This document shows positions 38,188 through 47,584 of a stretch of DNA of 51,471 bases, in pieces (positions within the stretch are counted from its first letter, which is position 1; every line of letters begins with the position of its first letter). The translations under genes were made by a program, and so were the position numbers. The DNA is from Mariprofundaceae bacterium (GTDB taxonomy: Bacteria; Pseudomonadota; Zetaproteobacteria; Mariprofundales; Mariprofundaceae), in the NCBI GenBank assembly GCA_015488125.1, contig WFOJ01000096.1:1-51471 (forward strand), written 5' to 3'. The notes under the pieces are model-generated. The model was given only the letters and a program-made list of their open reading frames with translations, was not told the DNA's origin and ran no database searches.

Positions 38188-41100
38188 TTGGCTGACAATA
38201 TTCGCGAAATACCCTATAACTACACCTCCTATTCGGATCGGGAAATCGTTATCCGCTTCCTGGGGGAGGAAAGCTGGGATGATCTGAATGTATTGCGCTC
38301 GCAACGACGCACTGGCCGCTCGGCGCGCATGCTCTTTGAAATTCTTGGCGATCTATGGATGGTCGAGCGTAATATTTATTTGAAGAACACGCTGTTGCAG
38401 CAGCCACGCAAGCGGCGCGCCATGCAGCAACGGCATGCCAGCCGTTTGCAACGCATTATTGAAGGGGCCACAGATAATCCCCGGGCACGCAAGGTAGCGG
38501 GTCAGCTGGAGCAGGCGCTGGAAGCCTTTGCGCAATGGTTTGAGCGAGAGCCGCAACGGCGCAAACAGGCCGAGAAAGCCTTTTCCCGTCATACCCACCG
38601 TAACAACGTGCATTTTGATGCCTATACCCTGGCGCATCATGCTACTGACGCCACGGACTGGCGTTCACACCTGCCATTTTGCGTGCTGACGCCGGATAGC
38701 GCAGAAGAAATTCCCGGCCTGATTCGCGCCGCCAAGGCGTTGGATCTGGCATTGATTCCACGCGGCGGCGGCACGGGACTATGTGGTGGCTCTGTACCAC
38801 TGACTGATCGCGCTGTGATCATCAACATGGAAAAGCTGGACTTTATCGACGACGTGCGCATGCAAAACATTCGCGACGATGAAGACGACAATTCAGCTCA
38901 CATGGTGCCCACGATTCGGGCTGGCGCCGGGGCGGTGACAGGACGGGTGATGGAAGCTGCCCAACCCCATGTGTTTGCTACCGATCCGACCAGTCTGTGG
39001 GCTTGTACCATTGGCGGTAATGTTGCTTCCAATGCCGGTGGCAAGCATGCCGTCATCTGGGGCACCTGCCTGGATAATCTGCTGGCCTGGCGCATGATTG
39101 ATGCTGAAGGCAACTGGCTGGATGTTCGCCGCCTCAATCACAATATGGGCAAGATTCATGATGAAGAAGAGGTGCAGTTTCGCATTCGGCGCACGGATTC
39201 ACAATCTTCTGCGGTGCTTGCTGATGAAATTCTGACCATTCCCGGCAGTGAGTTTCGTCGTCAGGGGCTGGGCAAGGATGTCACCCGCAAGGCCATGCGT
39301 GGCCTGCCGGGCATTCAGAAGGAAGGCTGCGATGGCCTTGTGGTGGAAGCAACGTTTGTGCTGCACAAAGCCTTTGCCTTCACGCGCACAGTCTGTTGTG
39401 AATTTTTCGGCCGCGATCTGGCACCGGCAACAGCAGCATTGGTCGCCATCAAGGAACAACTGGATGCCCTACCTGAGGCGCATATCGAAGGCTTTGAGCA
39501 TTTTGATGAAAAATACATCAAGGCGATTGACTATGTCTCCCGGAGTACGCGCCGTGAACAACCCCGCATGGTGCTGTTGATTGATATTTCCGGTGATGAT
39601 GAACATGCTGTAGCGGAAGGCGCAGCGCTGGTCACACGTCTGACATCACAAGGCAACGGCGAAGGTTTTGTTGCCGTGCAGCAGCAGGATCGCCATGCTT
39701 TCTGGGCTGATCGCAGCCGCATGGCCGCCATTGCCCGCCACACACGCGCCTTCAAGCTGAACGAAGACGTGGTTATTCCCCTGCCCCGCCTGCACGAATA
39801 CAGCGACTTTATTGAACGATTGAATATCGAGGCCTCGCTTGACAATAAAATTGCCATTATCGAGGCCGTTGAAGCATTCATCGAAACCTTGCGCCAGCAA
39901 TTGCAATCGGATGACGCACACCTTCGCGAAACCCTGGGGATTGCGGATGATAGCTATCTGCCGGAAAAACTGAACGAATGCGAGTTACTGCTCAGCGCTG
40001 TACGCATGGGCTGGATGAGTATTCGTCGGGGGCTGGATCTGCCTGCCGCACAATTGGAAATGTTGTTGCAGGATGTGGATTACGACCCTGACGAAACCGT
40101 GTTGCGCCTGATTCAGCGCGGCGGCCTGCGCATTTCCTACCGCGAGGAAATCGAGAAACCATTGCTCGATCGTTTTCGCGGTCATGAAGTCCTCTGCCAG
40201 CGTCTGCGCGACATTCATCAACGTGTACTCTCCAGCCGTATTGTGGTGGCCACGCATATGCATGCCGGCGATGGCAATGTGCATACCAATATCCCCGTCA
40301 ACTCCAACGACTATGCCATGATGAAGCAGGCCCACCACACGGTGGAGCTGATCATGCGCAAGGCCGTGGAACTTGGCGGTGTTATTTCCGGTGAACACGG
40401 CATTGGCATCACCAAGTTGCCCTACCTGGGGGAACAAGAGCTTCAGGAAGTCGCAGCCTATCTGCGGCAAGCCGATCCGGAACATCGTTTTAACCCTGGC
40501 AAGCTGATGCCGGATACCTCCCTGGCACTGACCTACACGCCCAGCTTTAATCTGCTGGAGCATGAAGCGGTGATTCTCGAAGCAGCGGAAATGACCGAGC
40601 TAACCGATGTGATTTCCCCCTGCCTGCGCTGCGGCAAATGCAAACCGGTGTGCAACACCCATTTTCCGCGTGCCAATATGCTGTATTCACCGCGCAACAA
40701 GATCCAGGCCAGTGGCGCCATGATTGAGGCCTTCCTCTACGAATCGCAAACAGGCGAGAATATTTCCTTTGAGCAATTCTCGGGCATGGCAGAAATTGCC
40801 GATCATTGCACCATCTGCCACAAATGCGAAAAACCCTGCCCGGTCAATATTGATTTTGGCCGCGTCAGCGAACGCATGCGCGCTGTGCTCAAGGCGCATG
40901 GCCAACGGCGCAGTAATCTGGGCACCCGCTTATCGCTGGGTTTTTTGAGCCTGCGTCAGGATGCGGCAGTCAAAGTAATGCGCAAGGCTTTGATTGATGG
41001 CGGCTATACGGCTCACCGCTGGCTGCACAGAATCGCAAAACAACTGGGTCTGCTGCGTCAGAATGCACAGCAGCGCCGCAATCTGGACGGCATCCCGGCG

Positions 41101-42003
41101 CAGGTGATCAGTTTTGTTGAACGCCCGCTGAAACAGGCGCCCACAGCAACAGCACGCACCATGCTAGGCATCGAAAGCCGCAGTAAAAACATGATTCCCG
41201 TTTTGCGTCAGCCAGCAATCCGCAGCAGCCGGGCCGTCTTCTACTTCCCCGGCTGTGGTTCCGAGCGTCTTTATTCGCAGATTGCACTGGCCACAGAGTT
41301 TATGCTCTATGAGCTGGGTATTCATGTGGTATTGCCACCGTCCTATGTCTGCTGCGGCTACCCTTCTTCGGCCAATGGCGACACGGAGCAGGGTCAGCGC
41401 ATGGTGTATGATAACCGCGTCATGCTGCACCGCCTGAAAAATGCCTTGTCCTATCTTGATTTTGAGGCCGTTGTTGTTTCTTGTGGCACCTGCTTTGACC
41501 AGTTGGAGGAGTACCACTTACAGGAAGTCTTCCCTGATGCCCCGTTAATTGACATCCATGAGTATCTGGCAGAGCAAGGCATCGCGCTTGAAGCGGCTGG
41601 TCGGCGTTATGTTTACCACGAGCCTTGCCACACACCGCTGAAGCGCCACGGCTCGGCTCAGGCTGTGGCAACCCTGCTGGGGGCTGAGGCCATTGCTTCC
41701 GCCCAGTGTTGCGGTGAAGCAGGCACCATGGCCGTATCATCACCGGCGATTGCTGGCCGTATCCGCATGCGTAAGGAAGAAGAATTGCAACGCAATGCCG
41801 AAGCCATGCAGGATACGGCGGAGAAAAAAATCCTCACCTCCTGCCCCTCATGCCTGCAGGGACTGGGGCGACTGGAGCAGCAAAGCGGCCTGCAGGCTGA
41901 TTATATGGTGGTCGAACTGGTGCGCCAGCTCCACGGCGACGAATGGCAAAACATCGCCATCGAGCGCATTCGTCAACAGGGCGTGGAGTATGTGTTGATG
42001 TAG
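38188..42003 (+). CDS. Large FAD-binding and Fe-S oxidoreductase (GlcD-like plus GlcF-like fusion, DUF3683-type)
   Basis: 1271 aa, TTG start after GGAG. REIPYNYTSYSDREIV N-terminus, PRGGGTGLCGG, TIGGNVASNAGG, HAGDGNVH, SGEHGIG, CLRCGKCKPVC, CTICHKCEKPCP and two CCG motifs. Confidence 0.88.
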   Translation: MADNIREIPYNYTSYSDREIVIRFLGEESWDDLNVLRSQRRTGRSARMLFEILGDLWMVERNIYLKNTLLQQPRKRRAMQQRHASRLQRIIEGATDNPRARKVAGQLEQALEAFAQWFEREPQRRKQAEKAFSRHTHRNNVHFDAYTLAHHATDATDWRSHLPFCVLTPDSAEEIPGLIRAAKALDLALIPRGGGTGLCGGSVPLTDRAVIINMEKLDFIDDVRMQNIRDDEDDNSAHMVPTIRAGAGAVTGRVMEAAQPHVFATDPTSLWACTIGGNVASNAGGKHAVIWGTCLDNLLAWRMIDAEGNWLDVRRLNHNMGKIHDEEEVQFRIRRTDSQSSAVLADEILTIPGSEFRRQGLGKDVTRKAMRGLPGIQKEGCDGLVVEATFVLHKAFAFTRTVCCEFFGRDLAPATAALVAIKEQLDALPEAHIEGFEHFDEKYIKAIDYVSRSTRREQPRMVLLIDISGDDEHAVAEGAALVTRLTSQGNGEGFVAVQQQDRHAFWADRSRMAAIARHTRAFKLNEDVVIPLPRLHEYSDFIERLNIEASLDNKIAIIEAVEAFIETLRQQLQSDDAHLRETLGIADDSYLPEKLNECELLLSAVRMGWMSIRRGLDLPAAQLEMLLQDVDYDPDETVLRLIQRGGLRISYREEIEKPLLDRFRGHEVLCQRLRDIHQRVLSSRIVVATHMHAGDGNVHTNIPVNSNDYAMMKQAHHTVELIMRKAVELGGVISGEHGIGITKLPYLGEQELQEVAAYLRQADPEHRFNPGKLMPDTSLALTYTPSFNLLEHEAVILEAAEMTELTDVISPCLRCGKCKPVCNTHFPRANMLYSPRNKIQASGAMIEAFLYESQTGENISFEQFSGMAEIADHCTICHKCEKPCPVNIDFGRVSERMRAVLKAHGQRRSNLGTRLSLGFLSLRQDAAVKVMRKALIDGGYTAHRWLHRIAKQLGLLRQNAQQRRNLDGIPAQVISFVERPLKQAPTATARTMLGIESRSKNMIPVLRQPAIRSSRAVFYFPGCGSERLYSQIALATEFMLYELGIHVVLPPSYVCCGYPSSANGDTEQGQRMVYDNRVMLHRLKNALSYLDFEAVVVSCGTCFDQLEEYHLQEVFPDAPLIDIHEYLAEQGIALEAAGRRYVYHEPCHTPLKRHGSAQAVATLLGAEAIASAQCCGEAGTMAVSSPAIAGRIRMRKEEELQRNAEAMQDTAEKKILTSCPSCLQGLGRLEQQSGLQADYMVVELVRQLHGDEWQNIAIERIRQQGVEYVLM

Positions 42004-42082
42004 GCGTTGCCGTGCATGCAAAAAGCGGCGGAAGCTGCCCTGGCTGGCACTGTTCTCGCCGCTCCCCAGGAGTCCGATGGAC

Positions 42083-43627
42083 TTACACCCCGGAGTATTG
42101 CGCGTGCACTTCGCGTGCATGGGTGTTGGGCAGACGGTTCAGGGCGGCGATAAACGCCTGCACGGAAGCGACGATAATATCGGTGTCCGCCCCCTGCCCG
42201 TTGACCGTGCGACCGCCATCTTCCAGCCGCACAGTGACTTCGCCTTGCGCATCGGTACCAGAGGTGATGGCGTTGACCGAATAGAGCAACAAACGCCCGT
42301 TGGGCTCAACCAGTGATTTAATCGCCTTGAAGGCGGCATCCACCGGCCCGTCACCGTGGCTGGTAGCGCTATGACGCTCGCCATTGATTTCCAGTTCAAC
42401 AGCCGCCACCGGCACATCACGGGTACCTGAGGCAACATGCAGGCTGATTAAGCGAACACGCTCTTTCACGGCATCGGCATCATCATTGAGAATCGCCAGC
42501 AAATCTTCGTCAAACACTTCTTTTTTCTTGTCAGCCAGCGTCTTGAAGCGGGCAAACACCTTGTCCAGCTGCTCGCCATCAACAGGCGCTCCCAATTGCG
42601 CATAACGATCCTTCAGCGCCGCCCGCCCTGAGTGCTTGCCCAGCACCATGCGATTGGTTTGCCAGCCGACAGATTCAGGGGTCATGATCTCATAAGTCTG
42701 CTGATGCTTGAGGATGCCGTCCTGATGAATCCCGGATTCGTGGGCAAATGCATTGGCACCGACAATCGCCTTGTTCGGCTGCACCGGCATGCCGGTGATC
42801 TGACTGGCCAGCTTCGAGGTTGGCACAATTTTTTCGTGCCTGATACCGGTTTCAATACAATAACGGTCACTTCGTGTGCGAAAAATCATGGCGATTTCTT
42901 CCAGCGCCGCATTGCCCGCACGTTCGCCCATACCGTTGATGGTACACTCCACCTGACGTGCGCCATTTTCCACCGCAGCCAGTGAATTGGCCACCGCCAG
43001 CCCCAGATCGTTATGACAATGCACCGAGAAGACAGCCTGATCGGCATTGGGCACCCGTTCACGCAGGGTGCGAATGCGCCAGCCAAATTCATCCGGCGTC
43101 ATATAGCCCACGGTATCGGGAATATTGATGATGCGGGCGCCGGCAGCAATCGTCGCCTCAACGATGCGGCACAAAAAATCCATCTCGGAGCGTCCGGCAT
43201 CCTCAGCCGAAAACTCAACTTCAGGCGACAAGCTGCGTGCCAGCTTCACCGCCGCCACCGCCTGCTCTACCACCTGATCTTCATCCATGCGCAATTTGGC
43301 CTGCATATGAATCGGGCTGGTGGCGATAAAGGTATGAATGCGTTGACGCTCGCCCGCCGGCGCAACGGCTTTGGCCGCCGCTTCAATATCACCCTTGCGC
43401 GCCCGCGCCAGACCGGCAATGCGCGGCCCGCTTATTTCACGGGCAATGCGCTGCACGGCAGCAAAATCGCCGGGAGAGGCGACAGGGAAGCCCGCCTCAA
43501 TTACATCCACGCCCAGCGCCGCCAAACCGTGCGCCATACGGATTTTTTCTTCCATGTCCATGGAGCAACCCGGCGATTGTTCCCCATCACGCAAGGTTGT
43601 ATCAAAAATATACAAGCGTTCAGCCAT
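42083..43627 (-). CDS. leuA: 2-isopropylmalate synthase
   Basis: IFDTTLRDGEQSPG, VEFSAED, HCHNDLGLAVANS, GERAGNA and HESGIHQDG, plus the C-terminal regulatory domain (GDGPVDA). ATG 43627 follows AGGAGAGG. Confidence 0.97.
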   Translation of the reverse strand: MAERLYIFDTTLRDGEQSPGCSMDMEEKIRMAHGLAALGVDVIEAGFPVASPGDFAAVQRIAREISGPRIAGLARARKGDIEAAAKAVAPAGERQRIHTFIATSPIHMQAKLRMDEDQVVEQAVAAVKLARSLSPEVEFSAEDAGRSEMDFLCRIVEATIAAGARIINIPDTVGYMTPDEFGWRIRTLRERVPNADQAVFSVHCHNDLGLAVANSLAAVENGARQVECTINGMGERAGNAALEEIAMIFRTRSDRYCIETGIRHEKIVPTSKLASQITGMPVQPNKAIVGANAFAHESGIHQDGILKHQQTYEIMTPESVGWQTNRMVLGKHSGRAALKDRYAQLGAPVDGEQLDKVFARFKTLADKKKEVFDEDLLAILNDDADAVKERVRLISLHVASGTRDVPVAAVELEINGERHSATSHGDGPVDAAFKAIKSLVEPNGRLLLYSVNAITSGTDAQGEVTVRLEDGGRTVNGQGADTDIIVASVQAFIAALNRLPNTHAREVHAQYSGV

Positions 43628-43729
43628 CACACCTCTCCTGTTGTATTGAAGCGGTTTCCAGATCAATACAACACATGCACCTGCCTTTTCAGGTTTATTG
43701 CAAGCTTTATTCGGAAATCGCCTCAAGGC

Positions 43730-43756
43730 AAAAAAAAAGCCGCGAAAAACGCGGCT
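43730..43756 (-). terminator. Intrinsic terminator of the leuA attenuator
   Basis: Minus strand AGCCGCG-TTTTT-CGCGGCT followed by a T run, upstream of leuA. Confidence 0.85.
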
Positions 43757-43777
43757 CGTGAAAATCCAGTCTGATAA

Positions 43778-43861
43778 TCAGTCAGTATGTTCATTGCACA
43801 CGAGCCTGCACCACCACAGCAGTGGTAGCGTCAGCAGTAAAAGGAAAAACGTGCGCTTCAT
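43778..43861 (-). CDS. Leucine-rich leader peptide (LeuL-like), 27 aa
   Basis: ATG AAG CGC ACG TTT TTC CTT TTA CTG CTG ACG CTA CCA CTG CTG...TGA = MKRTFFLLLLTLPLLWWCRLVCNEHTD, 8 Leu codons. The antiterminator arms GGCTCGTG/CACGAGCC overlap the terminator stem. Confidence 0.82.
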   Translation of the reverse strand: MKRTFFLLLLTLPLLWWCRLVCNEHTD

Positions 43862-43868
43862 GCGCCGA

Positions 43869-43896
43869 ATCATGAAGCATTGGCGTATTGAGTCAA
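43869..43896 (-). promoter_or_regulatory. Candidate sigma70 promoter for the leu leader
   Basis: TTGACT-N16-CATGAT on the minus strand, 7 nt before the leader ATG. Confidence 0.5.
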
Positions 43897-43903
43897 GCAG
43901 GCC

Positions 43904-44095
43904 CAGGGCAATCGCATTAAAAATCAACTTGCTCCCATCAGTAGAACCATCAGGTAATCATTGCCAGCCATTGTTAAGTCGCTTGTTTTGATGCCGATTT
44001 TTGATGATTTATCGGCCTTGATCAGGTTCAGGGCGATGTGCCGGATGACGGCCATGTTGGCAGCGCCGTTACCTTTGCGCATGCGTTGGGAATCC
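43904..44095 (-). mobile_element. ISAs1-family insertion sequence remnant (transposase C-terminus plus one terminal repeat)
   Basis: The minus strand encodes DSQRMRKGNGAANMAVIRHIALNLIKADKSSKIGIK...NDYL, with NKRL..GW shifted into another frame. It ends in ...TGCGATTGCCCTG, resembling ISAs1 ends. Confidence 0.75.
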
Positions 44096-44149
44096 TGTTA
44101 TGATTATGTGCGCAATATCGCCAGATAATCAGTGCATAACTGATGCTAG

Positions 44150-44310
44150 GAGTCTGTCGGACTTTGACAAATTTACTACGAAAAAACGGATATTGGCCAA
44201 ATATTCACCCTGTTTCTTTGTTAAATAGCGCTGCTATTCGCCGTAAACAGGTCGAATATTTGGCTCAATCCCGCTATTTCTCGTAACGATGACCAAAGTC
44301 CGACAGACTC
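44150..44310. mobile_element. MITE-like element, 161 bp, with 17-bp terminal inverted repeats (IS5/IS1182-like ends)
   Basis: GAGTCTGTCGGACTTTG (44150-44166) and CAAAGTCCGACAGACTC (44294-44310), flanked by CTAG and CTGG. The interior is palindromic (CCAAATATTC/GAATATTTGG, CCTGTTT/AAACAGG, AATAGC/GCTATT). Confidence 0.8.
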
Positions 44311-44596
44311 CTGGACGCTCTAATGCCTGACTACTGACGGCCAGGGCTATATCAGATGGAAAAGCTGCCTGGCGATCTCCGGCTTGAAAAGAGAGAATCC
44401 TTTCCTAGCATAACGCCTTCGTGGCACTTCGTTGTGTGTTGAGGGGTTTCAAATTTTCATGTTGACGTGCGCATTTGCGGGCAGGCGTCGGTATAGCGGC
44501 ATGCTATGCGTGAACTGGCCGCATTGTGATCCGTTGTGGGATACGAGGCTTCAACCGCAATTATCACGGTCTGCCAGTTTTTGGAATGGAGTTTGT

Positions 44597-45124
44597 ATGT
44601 TGAAAAAAATATTGCTGCTGGCTTGCGCAGCGACTTGTGCTGCGACCGCCCCGGTTGTAACTGCATCCGCAGCCAAGGCGACGGAATTGAAGCTGGGTTT
44701 TGTGGATTTGAAAGCGGGTATTGAAAACACCAAGCGTTACCAACGTGGTTTTGCTCGCCTGCAAAAATTAAAGGACCAGAAAAAGGCCGAATTGGATGCG
44801 CTCCGCAAACAAATTGACCAGGCCGAGAGTGATATTATGGGGCAATCCATGGCCATGTCGCCGGAACGCCTGAGCAAAAAGCAAAATGAGCTGAAGGAAC
44901 TCCGCAAGGCATTCACCCGCAAACAGCAGGACGCTCAGGAAGAATTGATGACGAAGAAAAACAATCTGGATGCCGAGGTATTAACCAGCTTTTATGAGGT
45001 GGTTCGTGATTACGGAAAACAGGAGAAATATGACTTCATACTGCAAAAGTCTTCTGTTTTCTATGCTGATCCCAGGTTTGATATTACACCCAAGATTACC
45101 GATCTTCTGGACAAGAAAAAATAA
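44597..45124 (+). CDS. skp: OmpH/Skp periplasmic chaperone
   Basis: Signal peptide MLKKILLLA..., LKLGFVDL, coiled-coil body and YDFIL...FDITPKI. Directly upstream of lpxD. Confidence 0.88.
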   Translation: MLKKILLLACAATCAATAPVVTASAAKATELKLGFVDLKAGIENTKRYQRGFARLQKLKDQKKAELDALRKQIDQAESDIMGQSMAMSPERLSKKQNELKELRKAFTRKQQDAQEELMTKKNNLDAEVLTSFYEVVRDYGKQEKYDFILQKSSVFYADPRFDITPKITDLLDKKK

Positions 45125-45126
45125 CT

Positions 45127-46134
45127 ATGGCGGCGCTTTCGCTCGCTGAATTGGGCGAATTGCTACAATGCACAGCACCAGCGGTTGATCTACCGGCTAT
45201 TCACGGTGTGAATACGCTGGCTGCGGCGACGGAAGGCGAGGCATCTTTTCTGGCCAATAAGCGCTATCTGCCGGATTTATTGACAACGCGGGCATCCGTG
45301 GTGCTGGTGGACGAGGCAACGCAAGCCCGTTACGCCGGACAGGTAGACACTGTTTTGTGGGCTTGCCAGGACCCTTACCTCGCCTTTGCCCGGTTGCAGC
45401 GTCATTTTCATCCGCAACCGGTTAGCAGTGGCCGACGGCATCCCACGGCGGTGATTGCACCTGACGCACAGTTGGCTGATGATGTGGATGTTGCCGCTGG
45501 CGCAGTGATCGGCGAGGGCTGTCGTATCGCAGCAGGTTGTCTGATTGGCGCTGGCGCGGTGATTGGTCGGCATTGCCAGCTTGGTGAAAACTGTCTGATT
45601 CATCCTCGAGCGGTGATCGCTGATGGCTGTGTGCTGGGCAAACGTGTTATTCTTCAGTCAGGTGCCGTCATTGGCTCTGATGGCTTTGGTTATGCCTGGG
45701 ATGGCAAAGCGCATGTGAAAATCCCGCAAACGGGGATTGTCGAGCTTCATGATGATGTGGAAATTGGCGCCAATACCTGCATCGACCGTGGCGCGCTGGG
45801 CAACACAGTGGTGCATCAGGGTGTCAAAATTGATAATCTGGTGCAGCTTGGTCATAATGTTGAAATCGGCGCCTGTAGTGTGGTGGTCAGTCAAGTCGGT
45901 ATTTCCGGCTCCACGCATATCGGGCGCGGTTGTCAACTGGGCGGTCAGGCCGGGGTCGCAGGGCATTTGACTATTGGTGATGGCTGCAAGGTGGCTGCTC
46001 AAAGCGGCGTGATCAGTAATCTCGATGCTGGCGGCACCTATGGTGGTACGCCTGCCATCCCTCATCGCATGTGGCTACGCAGTATGGCCATGCTGAACCG
46101 TCTGCCGGAGCTGTTCAGAAAAAACAAGGCGTAG
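45127..46134 (+). CDS. lpxD: UDP-3-O-acylglucosamine N-acyltransferase
   Basis: DPYLAFA, hexapeptide repeats, IGSDGFGY, KIPQTG, EIGANTCIDRG and KIDNLVQLGHNV. Confidence 0.95.
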   Translation: MAALSLAELGELLQCTAPAVDLPAIHGVNTLAAATEGEASFLANKRYLPDLLTTRASVVLVDEATQARYAGQVDTVLWACQDPYLAFARLQRHFHPQPVSSGRRHPTAVIAPDAQLADDVDVAAGAVIGEGCRIAAGCLIGAGAVIGRHCQLGENCLIHPRAVIADGCVLGKRVILQSGAVIGSDGFGYAWDGKAHVKIPQTGIVELHDDVEIGANTCIDRGALGNTVVHQGVKIDNLVQLGHNVEIGACSVVVSQVGISGSTHIGRGCQLGGQAGVAGHLTIGDGCKVAAQSGVISNLDAGGTYGGTPAIPHRMWLRSMAMLNRLPELFRKNKA

Positions 46135-46282
46135 AAAACGGCTGTTTTTTCTTTTTTTGACTGCATGCAGTTGACCTTGGTGGTTGGTTGATGCCTTGTA
46201 TGGCAAACATCATACATGCGACGGAAGCTGATCGCGCGTTCCCGCGTTCCATTCTAACGCAGACTCACATTTGAAGGTGTTT

Positions 46283-46726
46283 ATGTCTCTGAATATTGAT
46301 GATATCCTCAGTTATTTACCGCATCGCTACCCGTTTTTGCTGGTTGACCGGGTGCTTGATTACGAACCGGAAACATCGATCCGGGCGCTCAAGAACGTCA
46401 CCGTCAATGAGCCGCATTTCACCGGGCATTTTCCCGATGCGCCGGTGATGCCTGGGGTGTTGATCGTCGAAGCCATGGCCCAGACCGGTGGCATTCTTGC
46501 CTTTCATTCGGCACCGAAAGACAAGGAATATCTGGTGTATTTTACCGGTATTGATAACGTGCGTTTTCGCAAGCCGGTACGTCCTGGCGATCAGTTGATT
46601 TTTGATCTTAGCTGTTTGCGGCGGCGTGGTCACATGTGGCGTTTCAAGGCTGAAGCGCGGGTAGATGACCAACTGGTATGCTCTGGAACCTTGATGGCAA
46701 CGCTGATGCCAAGGGAAAACGCATGA
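46283..46726 (+). CDS. fabZ: 3-hydroxyacyl-ACP dehydratase
   Basis: LPHRYPFLLVDRV, KNVTVNEPHFTGHFP, MPGVLIVEAMAQ and FRKPVRPGD. Confidence 0.97.
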   Translation: MSLNIDDILSYLPHRYPFLLVDRVLDYEPETSIRALKNVTVNEPHFTGHFPDAPVMPGVLIVEAMAQTGGILAFHSAPKDKEYLVYFTGIDNVRFRKPVRPGDQLIFDLSCLRRRGHMWRFKAEARVDDQLVCSGTLMATLMPRENA

Positions 46727-47526
46727 GCTGCCAGATTCACCCCACTGCCATTGTTGCAAGCGGGGCGAAGATTGGTGATAAAGTGCGTATCGGGCCTTAT
46801 TGCGTGGTCGATGAGCACGTTGAAATCGGTGATGACTGCCATTTATATTCCCATGTTGTGATCAGCGGGCATACGCGCATCGGTTGTCGCAACCGCTTTT
46901 TTCCGTTTTGCAGTATTGGCCATGAACCACAGGATCTGAAGTATCACGGTGAGGATTCCGTCGTGGTGATCGGCGACGACAATACCATTCGTGAAAACGT
47001 CACCATTAACCCTGGCACTGAGGGAGGGGGCATGCTCACCCGCATCGGCAATCATAATTTATTGATGGCCTATGTGCATATCGCCCATGATTGCCTGTTG
47101 GGTAATCGCATTGTCATGGCCAACTGTGCCACGCTGGCTGGCCATGTAAGCATTGATGATGATGCGATTATCGGTGGTATGTCAGCCATCCACCAGTTCC
47201 TTCGGGTGGGAAGGCTGGCGATGATCGGTGGTATGAGTGGCATTGTTCAGGACGTGCCACCTTATACCTTGACCGCTGGTGGCTATCGTCCCGGCCTTGT
47301 CGGTCTAAATGCCGTGGGACTTAAACGGCATGGCTTCAGCGCCTCGGATATGCGTGATCTTAAAGAAGTGTATCGTTTGTTGTTACAGGGAACAGGCGAG
47401 CTTCAGAGCCGACTGGAACAGGCTTATGCATTAACGGACGAGGATACGCACGCCCGTCATTTGGTGGATTTTGTGCAATCGGCCAAACGAGGCATCACAC
47501 CACACCGGCGTGAGCAACGAAATTAA
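46723..47526 (+). CDS. lpxA: Acyl-ACP--UDP-GlcNAc O-acyltransferase
   Basis: IHPTAIV, PQDLKYHGE, IRENVTINPGT, HIAHDC, LAGHV and HQFLRVG. ATGA overlap with fabZ. Confidence 0.96.
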   Translation: MSCQIHPTAIVASGAKIGDKVRIGPYCVVDEHVEIGDDCHLYSHVVISGHTRIGCRNRFFPFCSIGHEPQDLKYHGEDSVVVIGDDNTIRENVTINPGTEGGGMLTRIGNHNLLMAYVHIAHDCLLGNRIVMANCATLAGHVSIDDDAIIGGMSAIHQFLRVGRLAMIGGMSGIVQDVPPYTLTAGGYRPGLVGLNAVGLKRHGFSASDMRDLKEVYRLLLQGTGELQSRLEQAYALTDEDTHARHLVDFVQSAKRGITPHRREQRN

Positions 47527-47584
47527 GTCATGCTGACAATAAAACGGCGCCAACTTGTTGTCGCTCCTTTTTTCGGTATCAAGG

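Noticed and set aside
46118..46158. Terminator between lpxD and fabZ
   Set aside because: A T-rich tract is present but the stem is weak and mismatched; not supportable.
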